From positions 1,646 through 65,645 of the IMG/VR virus record IMGVR_UViG_3300006921_000012: a DNA stretch of 64,000 nucleotides; one strand, 5' to 3'. The notes under the pieces are model-generated. The model was not told where the DNA came from, ran no database searches, and saw only the letters and a program-made list of their open reading frames with translations. The translations under genes and the position numbers were made by a program. The DNA is from a virus. Lineage: Duplodnaviria > Caudoviricetes. Positions 50,074 through 60,152 of this stretch are shown here, one piece after another; the stretch's first letter is position 1; each line of letters opens with the position of its first letter.

Positions 50074-51990
50074 TTAATCACTAGTTTCTACTGTTATAGA
50101 GACTTGTTTAGTACATCCTTTATCATTTAAAATGGTAAAGGTGTAAAGACCAGCTGCTGGTCCATTTATATTTGTATAATTGCTAGGACAAAGATTGTCA
50201 AAGAAAATATTATTATATTGCCCATTTACAGGATAAATAGTTATAGATTCTGAGGTATTATTATTTGTAATAGTATACTCTGAACTTAACATGTCAAATC
50301 CACCCATTTCTACTACACCATCACAATCAAAAGTATGTGATTGAATTCCATTTGCATTTGTTAATGTAACAGTACCACATGTTTGAACATTATTTAAAGT
50401 TATATTAAGATTTTCTATTTCTGTACATCCACAGTTAGCGTTACAACCCTCTAACGAGGAATACATATTACTTTGTGCTAATAAACTACTATAAGTCGAT
50501 TCTCCACTATCTTCATCTATCCAACTACCTTGTGGTATTTCACTACAAACCGTATTCATACATTCAAATAACCTATCCAAAGGGGTTATATTACTTACTT
50601 TAGGAATTACGGGAGTAGGTAAGGCTGTTTTCTCTTCTTGGGGTGCTCCGTATACTATCGCAGAACCTAATACTCCACCTGCCACTCGATTTCCTGGTCC
50701 TGCTCTCCTCATCAATCCATTTGCTTGTTTACACTCATCTTCAGTACACCAAAGAGGACTCTGTTGATTAACTGTTACATAGTGGCCTGGATTTGATGGG
50801 TCGGGTATTAGATATAGGAAAAGATTTGCCTGGGTCCCTGAATTTGGTGGGAAGCCTCCACCTCCACCATCTAAATAATCTCTAATTGTCATACAATCCA
50901 TTCCCATATGGACTATCCAACAATCTAAATGTGGGTCTTCACTGCAATTACAAACTTCCTCTTCTTTACAACAATGATAATCTATATTATCATGATTTAA
51001 TCCCATACTCATAGCTGAGTATGCTGTGGTCCCTCCACTATAATCTATATAATTAATATCGTTTAAAGTGTATGCCGTATACCAAGAAGAAATGGTAGTT
51101 ATAACACCAGTACCCGATAATCCCACATTTACCACTGACCCTACATTTGGGTATGGGTTGGTCCCGTATTGTTTTAAAACTTTTAACTGACTGGTATAGG
51201 AGTGTCCTGTAACCGCAAAAGGTGTATTCACCCAATTACTACTTAGAGTATCCCACACATCTGGATTACTATCCCCCCAAAATATCCAATCTTGGGTTAC
51301 CGAATCACATCCAATTGGGTCTCCAATATTTGGAGCTAACATAGAAAAGTTTCCGAATGGGTTTGGTATTACTGGACTATTAAAGTATGGAATAGGAACA
51401 CTCCTAGAAATGAATGTGGTTCCCCAGGGATTTACTTGACTTAAAGTTATAGTATAACCACTACTAGGTGTGGTGTAGGTATGACTTGCAGTTACTTGTA
51501 AAGGTGGAGTTAATTGTGATGTATTACCATCTCCCCAATCTACATCATAAGGAGCAACTCTTAAAAATTTCCTAAATTCTAAATCTGCTGTATTAAATAT
51601 AGTGATACTATTATTGTTTCCTGTATATACAAAATTAACTAATACATCTCGTTGTACGGCTAACCCATCAAATGGTGTATAAACCCCAATATCGTTAAAA
51701 TCTTGAGTTAAAAGTATAGGTATTGTAATACCTGTTAAACAAGGAGGTGGAGGTGGAAGAGGAGCTGTGGATGTTAAACTTCTCCATGAATCACACCTAT
51801 AATCGTTCCTCACTTTTGCTTTCCAATATCCACATTTTCCTCCATTATTAAAAAAACAATTATTACAATTTTGTCCACTAAGTAAATTATTCTTTTGTTC
51901 AGACACATAAGATAATGGTAATTGGGCTGGTATTGCATCTAGTTGTCCTGGATACAATCTTCTCTGAATTTGTAATGAATGTCTCTCCAT
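50074..51990 (-). CDS. Structural protein with a PKD-like domain and Cys-rich segments
   Basis: VDWGDGN....SHTY....YTITL (PKD-like); C-terminal F.NL.....G.YTFTI....GC (SprB-like). Confidence 0.7.
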   Translation of the reverse strand: MERHSLQIQRRLYPGQLDAIPAQLPLSYVSEQKNNLLSGQNCNNCFFNNGGKCGYWKAKVRNDYRCDSWRSLTSTAPLPPPPPCLTGITIPILLTQDFNDIGVYTPFDGLAVQRDVLVNFVYTGNNNSITIFNTADLEFRKFLRVAPYDVDWGDGNTSQLTPPLQVTASHTYTTPSSGYTITLSQVNPWGTTFISRSVPIPYFNSPVIPNPFGNFSMLAPNIGDPIGCDSVTQDWIFWGDSNPDVWDTLSSNWVNTPFAVTGHSYTSQLKVLKQYGTNPYPNVGSVVNVGLSGTGVITTISSWYTAYTLNDINYIDYSGGTTAYSAMSMGLNHDNIDYHCCKEEEVCNCSEDPHLDCWIVHMGMDCMTIRDYLDGGGGGFPPNSGTQANLFLYLIPDPSNPGHYVTVNQQSPLWCTEDECKQANGLMRRAGPGNRVAGGVLGSAIVYGAPQEEKTALPTPVIPKVSNITPLDRLFECMNTVCSEIPQGSWIDEDSGESTYSSLLAQSNMYSSLEGCNANCGCTEIENLNITLNNVQTCGTVTLTNANGIQSHTFDCDGVVEMGGFDMLSSEYTITNNNTSESITIYPVNGQYNNIFFDNLCPSNYTNINGPAAGLYTFTILNDKGCTKQVSITVETSD

Positions 51991-51993
51991 ATT

Positions 51994-52944
51994 TTATACT
52001 GGGTTTACGTATTCCCAAAACTCTATCGGGGTGTTTATACTTGTTCCTACTCTAGTACCTGCCATGTCTTCAACCCAATAGGTAAAATTATTTTTATCTA
52101 AGAGTAATTTATAATACATATTATTGGCTGGGTCAAAACTAGTCGGGTTAGGTAATGTGGACGGGTCTACATTGGTAAATCTAGACACCTCACCATCTCT
52201 ACCATTATAAAACTTTGTAGACATATAGAAAGTATTAAGATTTAAATAGGTACTCTCTTTTAACCAATAAAAGAAGTAACCTATACTTTTATTATCCATA
52301 TCAAAGTGATAACGGGGTATTGGTACATTACGTGCAGTATCTAATACTGTATTTAACCCACTAGCATCCATTATTGGGGGGTCGGGAACATTCATATTTA
52401 AAGCACCCCATTCTGAAATAACTTGTGCTGGTGTTGACCCAATAATGTTATTCATACAATCTGCATCTATGGCAGATAAATTAAGTTTAGTACCATTCAC
52501 GGGACTAAGAATATTGGACATATAGAATTTTTGTCTTGTCTTTACAGGATTATCATAAAAATCTAACTTAAAGAAACTTTTTAACAAATCAGAGGTATTT
52601 TCCCCCAATTCCTGATTGGTGTAACCTTTAAAGTTAAATCCAAACGGGTAGGGTTGGAATGGTGTGGCGAAGGGGAGTGTCGTAGGGTAGAGTCCCGTAG
52701 ATACTTGATAAAAGTTAAACTGGTAGAATATATCGGGACTTTCTTCACTATTATCTAATAATGGAGCATGTCTATATCTACTTACTTCAAAGTCTTTAGT
52801 GGGATTTACTAATTTTCTTACTACGTCATTCTCATATACTTTTATTAAATCTTCTCTACCAGTCTCATCGAAAGTAGTACCGAACCCTAGTTGAATGACT
52901 GGGTCTTTAGTGTTTATATTAAATGTAAATTTATTCGCAGCCAT
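51994..52944 (-). CDS. Putative structural protein
   Basis: 316 aa; SFFKLDFYD and terminal PIEFWEYVNP. Confidence 0.7.
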   Translation of the reverse strand: MAANKFTFNINTKDPVIQLGFGTTFDETGREDLIKVYENDVVRKLVNPTKDFEVSRYRHAPLLDNSEESPDIFYQFNFYQVSTGLYPTTLPFATPFQPYPFGFNFKGYTNQELGENTSDLLKSFFKLDFYDNPVKTRQKFYMSNILSPVNGTKLNLSAIDADCMNNIIGSTPAQVISEWGALNMNVPDPPIMDASGLNTVLDTARNVPIPRYHFDMDNKSIGYFFYWLKESTYLNLNTFYMSTKFYNGRDGEVSRFTNVDPSTLPNPTSFDPANNMYYKLLLDKNNFTYWVEDMAGTRVGTSINTPIEFWEYVNPV

Positions 52945-54724
52945 CTGTTAAAAAGTCATCTATTATTTCTGTTAATCCTGTAACTGACAGGTCTGATTCC
53001 ATTCTAATCTGTTTTTGAACATAGAATGGGATAATTTTACTTGGGTATTGAGCGTTATTCATAAAAGGATAGTCTACACCATGTCCCCCTTCTATAAACC
53101 CTATCTCCCACAAATCTCTCCATCTCCAAGTTTTTTCTCTTTCCCAGTATTCTGCCCAATCTGGTATATCAATCACTTCTTGTGGGTCTCCAAACTCGAT
53201 GTAGGTGGAGAATCTTCTGATGGGAACCTCGTAGTGTGGTTTATAAATATAACCTTTAACCCCATCTATAGTATCTTGTGACATCATAAACACCGAAGAA
53301 TTCCAACTAAATTGGTGTTTTATTTCACTTATAACTCTTTCTTTTAGTTCTTCCGCATTATATTCACAGAAATCTCCTCTCAGTAAGTCCCCAACTCTTA
53401 ATTCTGTACCTCTCATTAATCCAGTACCACCCGGTAGAACATCTACTATAGGACCAGAAGGTTGTGGGTCTCCTATATCTCCTCTTACAATATTAGGACC
53501 AACTGGTCCGAATGGTAAAGGTACACCTGAGGCATCTCCAACCCCACTAATGGAAGTATCCATGAAAGTTAGGGGGAAATTCCATTCCCACCCATATCGT
53601 GGGGGATAATTAAAGTAACCTAAATCATTTCTTAAAAATACTGTAACATATAAGTTTGTAAGTGGTCTTCCTAGATTATCTCTTAGAGTTTTAACATCTA
53701 CATCTCTGGTGAAAGAATATAAATACGAAGGGTAACTATTCTTAACCGAAACCCTACATGAACCTAAAGGTGTCACTTTATCAACTTGTTTAACATCCGG
53801 AAAAACTCCTTGTTCAAAACCACAATCATCAAGTACTGTATCCGATACTTTTGTTAATATTTTATTTACTCTCACATAATATTGAGAAAGACTTTCAGGA
53901 TTGGCTTTATTAGTTTGCCTTCTCATGGTACCCATTGCAAAATTCGGTAGTGTTGGAAAACCTACCACCGTTCCTTGAGGAAAAAGTAAATTAAATACGG
54001 TTTCGGAAGAATTTCTAGTTGAGTCACCTACACTATAAACTGGAAAGATAGTATCTCTAAGAGTGTATGTTGTCCCTTGACCATCATCCATATTTAATAC
54101 CACATATTCACCCGTACTTAATCCATGGGGAGCACCACAATAAAATCTAATCATATCTCTTCCGTTCAAGGTTATTTGTTGAGTATGAAAAGGAATTCCT
54201 TGGTTTGCTAAAAAAGCTATAGTGTTTGAGGTTGGTGATTGTTCTGCTTGGTACCACATTCGTTGGTCACTCATACATTCAGATGGGTAAGTTAGGAACA
54301 TATTCCAATTAGTGGTGGTAGATAAAAATTCATCTACATCCTTTCTTTTAAAATCAAATTCTTGAAATTGTGGATAACCAGGCCAAGGAGAAAATGCTGT
54401 ACCTCCAGAACTGTGGATATAATATAATTGTTGAAAAAGTAGGGTTGTAAATCCACTGGAACTCGAACTCGTATCTGTATTTATAGCTAATCCACCATAG
54501 TCATTATCTATAAAAGGTGATATTTTACCGTACACTCTATAGTTACTTATATTTTGTCTTTCATCATTAAATCTATCATTAATATTCAGATTTACAGTTC
54601 TATCTCCCTGTATCAAAGGTCTAGAAGTGTCATTTAATGTAACTTGGAAAGTTAAGTCTTCTTCCGTTGCACCAGCAAACTTTTTACTTGGTATAACTTT
54701 TAATATGTTTTCTCTATTTCCCAT
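52931..54724 (-). CDS. Putative baseplate structural protein
   Basis: 597 aa; PHGL..GEYV (DUF4815/UBACT-like hairpin) and WRWRD...GVDYPF motifs. Confidence 0.7.
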   Translation of the reverse strand: MGNRENILKVIPSKKFAGATEEDLTFQVTLNDTSRPLIQGDRTVNLNINDRFNDERQNISNYRVYGKISPFIDNDYGGLAINTDTSSSSSGFTTLLFQQLYYIHSSGGTAFSPWPGYPQFQEFDFKRKDVDEFLSTTTNWNMFLTYPSECMSDQRMWYQAEQSPTSNTIAFLANQGIPFHTQQITLNGRDMIRFYCGAPHGLSTGEYVVLNMDDGQGTTYTLRDTIFPVYSVGDSTRNSSETVFNLLFPQGTVVGFPTLPNFAMGTMRRQTNKANPESLSQYYVRVNKILTKVSDTVLDDCGFEQGVFPDVKQVDKVTPLGSCRVSVKNSYPSYLYSFTRDVDVKTLRDNLGRPLTNLYVTVFLRNDLGYFNYPPRYGWEWNFPLTFMDTSISGVGDASGVPLPFGPVGPNIVRGDIGDPQPSGPIVDVLPGGTGLMRGTELRVGDLLRGDFCEYNAEELKERVISEIKHQFSWNSSVFMMSQDTIDGVKGYIYKPHYEVPIRRFSTYIEFGDPQEVIDIPDWAEYWEREKTWRWRDLWEIGFIEGGHGVDYPFMNNAQYPSKIIPFYVQKQIRMESDLSVTGLTEIIDDFLTDGCE

Positions 54725-54727
54725 ACT

Positions 54728-57700
54728 CTAATCTAGTGGTGGCATATAACCATTAACAAATTTATCATAAGCATTATTTCCTTGATATAAACCAAAATAA
54801 TAATGATAGTATCCCATAGATACTTTATCGGTAGACGGTATGAGGGACGGGATAGGTCCCGTTGGGGGTACTATTATGGGTCCTGGTTGTGATGGATTAC
54901 TTACAATACTAATACCACTGTTATTTGCTGCCTCCCAATTATTATCTCTATTTCCAAAATTTACACCCGCTCCTTTTTTCCATGGATAATATGGAATTGT
55001 TTGAGCACGACTATACCCAGTACTCCCACCCATTAATCTATTTCTTAAATCCATACTATCTATTTTCATTTCTTTCTGTGCATACGTATTATCGATAGCT
55101 GGGTCAAGAATTGTTGGTGGTAGTGGACCGTAGTTGGGGTCTGTTGGGTAGTAAAAAGGACTTTGGTATTTGTGTATAGACATTTCATTATTAAAAGCGA
55201 CTGCTTGTGCGATGTCACCATCTAATAACCTATATTGTCCCCCTGCAAGACCTGCACTACTAGCTTTGAGTTCACGTTTATTCCTATCAGACGCACCTCC
55301 TGAAGCTGGGAACCCAAATGTTTGCCATGCCCTACTACCACCAAACCAGTTATTAACTCCAGCAAATTGTATTTCACCCCAATTATAACCCATTAATTTT
55401 TGATTAATAAAATAATCTAAAATTCCTGCTGGTGATTGTGCGGAAGATGATTGTAGTTGGTCTATGAAAAAATCGGTAGCTAGTTCACTATCACAATCTA
55501 CACAGGAATTATTGGTACTTAAATCTTCAAAGGTACCCAATTCTATTACTGTTGTGGGATAATTAATACCTTTATAGAACATTCTATATTGGATGGTTGC
55601 TGTCCCTCCATTTTCTGGTTTTTCATATGAGAAAGAACCTCCCGCACTCGGGTTGTTTGCTTGAAATATTCCTGTAGTAGGATTATAAGGAGCACTTCTG
55701 TAATAATATTCGTTTGGGTTGGTGAAACCATCATCAGGACCTACAATAATATCTCTACAAAAATAATCAGTGGTAGTTTCTGTTAGGGTACTTGGGTCTG
55801 TACTTTTTATTTTTTTATTGTCAAACCTAAAATGGTAAAGGGTACCTCTAATCCAAGATGCCCAGAATCCCATATTAAAGATACCTTGACATAAACCATT
55901 ATATATGTTTTTTCTTACTCTCCATTCATTAAGACCAAAGAATATAACACCCAATCTATTCAACATAAAAGTTGCAATCAATATAACAAAACCATCTATA
56001 ATAAGACCAATAAGAACAGGGCTTAAGGCAGCCCCCGCTCCAGGTATCCATGCAAATACAGCTCCAATTGTTATCATTGTCCATATAGCTACTGTAAATG
56101 TAGCTTCTAATCCAGACCCATCATAACTAATGGTATAACATCCCGCCATACTGGTTTTATCTTCTCCATCATCTATATCTTCACCATGTTCTTCACTATA
56201 ATATAATTTATTACTAGCTCTTAATGCTGGAATTTGACAATTAGGGTCGTCTACTAATGGACTACCCGATTCTTGTTGTATTTCTCCTGCTCCCCAAAGA
56301 CCCGGAAAATCCATATCAAAAAATGAACCACAATTACAATCTTCACACTCATCATATTTGGTTAGGGGTAATCTATACTTCATAGAAGTCACCCCAGCCT
56401 GTAATAATCTAACCATAGTTATCGCAATAGCTACTTGTATTAAAGCAAAAGCAAATGCCCCCACCGCAGATAAAATTGCACCAATAGGAAGTAGAGCACC
56501 TAAACCAAGTACTATATTTAAGATTTGGGTCATAGCGATAGCTAAAGCATTAACAGCTGATGCCACATGGAGGAGTAGACTATATGTTTCAAAAAGAACC
56601 ATTAACGCTAAGAGGATATATGGAACAAATATGGATAAGACTGTTAAGAATAAAGTTAACTGTGTTATAACAAAAATAAACGACCCTCCTCTAAAACCAT
56701 CGTTGGCAGGAAATTCTCTTATACTTCCACTACAATCTACTTCTTTGGCGGGATTAGTACTTTTTATCCCTACAAAATCCCATCTATTTCTTTTAGCCCC
56801 ATATCCACTATGCATTACCCCTCTACCTGGGATGTCAGAATTGGTTGCGTCTGCATCAAAAGGTGTTTGACTATAATCATTCCTATAAATGTCTATAAAC
56901 TGACCTAGACTATATACTCTGTCTGGTAACATTTCATAAAAATAGTCTTCTCCTAAAAATGCTGGTGAACTTAAATAGTTGTTACATTTTATACTTGGAC
57001 TAGAACCCATATCGTGTGGATAATCTAATAATTCAGTAGAAAATTGATAACTGTCTATAAATTGGTCCGTATACTCTCTAATATTTGGTACTAGATATTT
57101 TCCTTTACGGGTTCCCGCACCTGTTTCACTATCAAAACTAAGTCTAAACCTATATTTACCTCTAGTCGGTACTCCTACAGAAGGGTCAGAAGATATTTGT
57201 TGATTTCCAAATTCATCGGTATAGATGTAATCTAAGTTCATAGGGACTTTAGCTACAAAAGACCCCGTACCATCTAAATTGTGTAAATTTATTTTTTCTA
57301 ATTTAGGTCTACAAGAACAACCTGGTTTTTCATCATTTTCTTGAAATACTGTAAATCTAATCGCTTCTATTTTACCACTCCCTGTAGTTAATTTACATAC
57401 ATCACCTTGATTTCTACTTGGTCCACACTGCCATCCAACACTCCCACTATTATCATCGGTAATAATACTCCCCATAAATAACGCGTTAGGTCTAAATTCG
57501 ACATTGGAGTCTCTTAGGTCAAAATCAACTCTAGAAATACCAGAATTACACATCTCATCATCTCCCCAGAAGGAAACTGATTCTACTGTTTTATTTTGAA
57601 TTACTATTTGTGGTAAAGTATCTAAGTTTTCTGATTCATTAAATACAGCAGAGTTTTTAAATTTTTCTATTGGTACCCCTTGGGATACAAAGTCAAATGG

Positions 57701-58240
57701 TTTCATTGAGTAACATCCAATGTCACTTACGTCCACAGACATGTGTATTTGATGGATACCCAACGGTACCCCCCAAACCATGTAGTCTCCATTTTCATTA
57801 GTTTTTACAGTAAATTTATAATATTTCTCAAATACTTCTAATTTAAGAGGATTGGATATAGTTTCCTCCGCTGTTAAGAAACTTCCTGTTGGAGTGTGTC
57901 GGTTATGTTGTTTAGTGGTAGGTAAAAGATTATATCTATATCCTTCTTCATTTTTATCTGTAACATCCTTAAAAGGATACAGTGCGGTTATCGCATCATC
58001 TTGTTCATCTTCTGCGGTTAAAGGAATAAAAATGGAAAGTTTTGCATTAGGGACACCCAAACCACTATTTGCTACTACTCTACCTACAATTACACCGTAG
58101 TCTGCACACATTCTTGCATACACCTCTGACTGAGTCAATTTTAGACTCAAAATTTCTAAAAGGTCAAAGTCTTGTTGTAAGTTTACTTTTACAAACCTAT
58201 CTTCACCTACTTTTGTTCTTATTCTATATGATTTGGGCAT
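54728..58240 (-). CDS. Large baseplate-linked protein with a carboxypeptidase-regulatory-like N-domain and long hydrophobic segments
   Basis: G.IVGRV....GVPNAK.SIF and KTNENGDY...GVP motifs; two long uncharged stretches. Confidence 0.7.
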   Translation of the reverse strand: MPKSYRIRTKVGEDRFVKVNLQQDFDLLEILSLKLTQSEVYARMCADYGVIVGRVVANSGLGVPNAKLSIFIPLTAEDEQDDAITALYPFKDVTDKNEEGYRYNLLPTTKQHNRHTPTGSFLTAEETISNPLKLEVFEKYYKFTVKTNENGDYMVWGVPLGIHQIHMSVDVSDIGCYSMKPFDFVSQGVPIEKFKNSAVFNESENLDTLPQIVIQNKTVESVSFWGDDEMCNSGISRVDFDLRDSNVEFRPNALFMGSIITDDNSGSVGWQCGPSRNQGDVCKLTTGSGKIEAIRFTVFQENDEKPGCSCRPKLEKINLHNLDGTGSFVAKVPMNLDYIYTDEFGNQQISSDPSVGVPTRGKYRFRLSFDSETGAGTRKGKYLVPNIREYTDQFIDSYQFSTELLDYPHDMGSSPSIKCNNYLSSPAFLGEDYFYEMLPDRVYSLGQFIDIYRNDYSQTPFDADATNSDIPGRGVMHSGYGAKRNRWDFVGIKSTNPAKEVDCSGSIREFPANDGFRGGSFIFVITQLTLFLTVLSIFVPYILLALMVLFETYSLLLHVASAVNALAIAMTQILNIVLGLGALLPIGAILSAVGAFAFALIQVAIAITMVRLLQAGVTSMKYRLPLTKYDECEDCNCGSFFDMDFPGLWGAGEIQQESGSPLVDDPNCQIPALRASNKLYYSEEHGEDIDDGEDKTSMAGCYTISYDGSGLEATFTVAIWTMITIGAVFAWIPGAGAALSPVLIGLIIDGFVILIATFMLNRLGVIFFGLNEWRVRKNIYNGLCQGIFNMGFWASWIRGTLYHFRFDNKKIKSTDPSTLTETTTDYFCRDIIVGPDDGFTNPNEYYYRSAPYNPTTGIFQANNPSAGGSFSYEKPENGGTATIQYRMFYKGINYPTTVIELGTFEDLSTNNSCVDCDSELATDFFIDQLQSSSAQSPAGILDYFINQKLMGYNWGEIQFAGVNNWFGGSRAWQTFGFPASGGASDRNKRELKASSAGLAGGQYRLLDGDIAQAVAFNNEMSIHKYQSPFYYPTDPNYGPLPPTILDPAIDNTYAQKEMKIDSMDLRNRLMGGSTGYSRAQTIPYYPWKKGAGVNFGNRDNNWEAANNSGISIVSNPSQPGPIIVPPTGPIPSLIPSTDKVSMGYYHYYFGLYQGNNAYDKFVNGYMPPLD

Positions 58241-58254
58241 ACATTACTTTAACA

Positions 58255-58263
58255 GATAAATAT
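58255..58263 (-). promoter_or_regulatory. Putative late-promoter motif ATATTTATC
   Basis: 14 nt upstream of the ATG at 58240. Confidence 0.5.
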
Positions 58264-58313
58264 TTGTTCTGTCAAAATTAAAAGTAATATACACTACCTA
58301 TTTGTAAATCTAA

Positions 58314-60152
58314 TTATGTGATGGATGGTTGGGATAGGGTTTTAATCCTTACTGCTATATCCTTATTTGGTAATTTCACTTGAAATATCTGATTTGGTTG
58401 TGCGAATAGGGTACCATCTATCAAAGCTATTTCTTTGGTTGAAGCGTTTTTATAAGGTTGTGAAACGGTATTTTCAGAGTAATCACCTCCCACTTTATTA
58501 AAGAGTCGAAGGTCTACTAAGTTTATTACCCCTGGTTGGTTTACGATATCTTTTGTTAGTTCCCCAGTAAAGACATCTTTCCCCATTTCTTTATTGTCGG
58601 GACTGAAAAAGGTTGTAGTTTTATCTATAATGTTAGTTACTATGTCTGCTTGATTGAATCCAGGGTCGATTATTAAATCCATTTCTAGTGATAAGTCTAT
58701 AACTTCAGCGGATGTTACACTTATATAATCATTTAACATTCTATAGTCCGATAGATACTCCGCGATATTTTTCATCATCGTAGTACTTACCTTAGACGTT
58801 AATGAACCATCTTCAGAATAAGATAAAAGATTAATAAAAATCTTATTTTCCACTTCCATAACCCCTACTTTTGCTGGAGACCCAAAAACACTTGGCATAG
58901 TCTGTATTCTAGAAACATAATCATTTATGGTTACAGCTCTTTGTTGTGCGGAAAAATTAAATGAAATATAATTTCTTATTTCTTCTACACTCGGTTGATT
59001 GGCTCCTCCAATTGCGGAAGTTACATTATTCACGGTTAAGGAATCTCTTACAGCAGAATTAATACTACTTATTGGACCATTAATAGCAAAATCTATACTG
59101 GCTACCGTATTAACACTATTAGGTCCTACATTCGTTCCTTTACCACCACCAACACGATACTGAATAAAAATAGTAGTGTTAGACTGTGGTGCTCTCCCTA
59201 ATGATAAATTATTCATATATTGGTTAAGGTCTAACTTATAACCTGTGGAAGTTAAATCATCAAGTGAGTCTTCTGCAGAACTACTTCCCCCACCTAAAGT
59301 TAGAAAAAAGAAACCTTCTGGGGTGTATTCCGTAATAAATCTCTGGTCTGTGTTTTGCCACTTTCCTATCTTAATACCTGGTTTATCTGATTTTTTACTA
59401 CTATCTTCTATAAAAACTTTATCCTGTACCAATGCTTCTACCTCATACCATTTATTTGTCGCATTAATAAAGTCGGTATTTTTAGGTAAAGCTTGGATAC
59501 TTGTACCATCTTTTTGCATTACCGCTGTAACTCCTAATACATTTTTTTCTGGTAAGAAAACTTTAAGAAATGGTTTAACGTCTGTACTAGTTATTACTTT
59601 TTTAAACACTTTAGTAACTCCATTAACTACGACCTCTCTCTTAGTTATTGTATAATTTATTACATTTCCGTTTGAGTCGAAGTTAGGGGTCTTAGTTCGA
59701 TTAGGAAAACCTTTACTATCATATGCACTTGCGAAGTCTACATCATTTACTAACTCAAAAACTTCACCACCTCCTTTAAATTGTGAATTTCTTCTTAATA
59801 ACCCCAGATACCTAGTATTCTCTTTATCTCCCATAACTGGAACCGTAACCGATAAATCTACAACTGCCACTGAAGGACGATTACCAGGTATTTTTAAACC
59901 ATAAGTTCTTGCTATATTGAAGAGGGAAGAACGTTGTTGTGCATATTCCAACACTGTTTCCTGTAAACTTCTATCTATGTGATAGTTAAGATTATCTCCG
60001 ATTGCCGCATTTAAATCTAATAGAACTGAAAATATAGAAGCGTCATTTGCGTTTTGGATTAATTCTGGATATTGTTCTTTAACATATTTTAACAAGTCGG
60101 TCCTTAGTCCAACAAAATCTCTTTCTGTATATGATATTTTATTATTTGCCAC
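58314..60152 (-). CDS. Baseplate wedge subunit (T4 gp6 / baseplate J-like)
   Basis: Y..RDF..LR..L, LLDL.A..GD.L.Y..D, A...G.K, YRVGGG...N, GG..Q...EEIR and QQRAVT..DY motifs; GTG start overlapping the gp25 stop. Confidence 0.85.
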   Translation of the reverse strand: MANNKISYTERDFVGLRTDLLKYVKEQYPELIQNANDASIFSVLLDLNAAIGDNLNYHIDRSLQETVLEYAQQRSSLFNIARTYGLKIPGNRPSVAVVDLSVTVPVMGDKENTRYLGLLRRNSQFKGGGEVFELVNDVDFASAYDSKGFPNRTKTPNFDSNGNVINYTITKREVVVNGVTKVFKKVITSTDVKPFLKVFLPEKNVLGVTAVMQKDGTSIQALPKNTDFINATNKWYEVEALVQDKVFIEDSSKKSDKPGIKIGKWQNTDQRFITEYTPEGFFFLTLGGGSSSAEDSLDDLTSTGYKLDLNQYMNNLSLGRAPQSNTTIFIQYRVGGGKGTNVGPNSVNTVASIDFAINGPISSINSAVRDSLTVNNVTSAIGGANQPSVEEIRNYISFNFSAQQRAVTINDYVSRIQTMPSVFGSPAKVGVMEVENKIFINLLSYSEDGSLTSKVSTTMMKNIAEYLSDYRMLNDYISVTSAEVIDLSLEMDLIIDPGFNQADIVTNIIDKTTTFFSPDNKEMGKDVFTGELTKDIVNQPGVINLVDLRLFNKVGGDYSENTVSQPYKNASTKEIALIDGTLFAQPNQIFQVKLPNKDIAVRIKTLSQPSIT

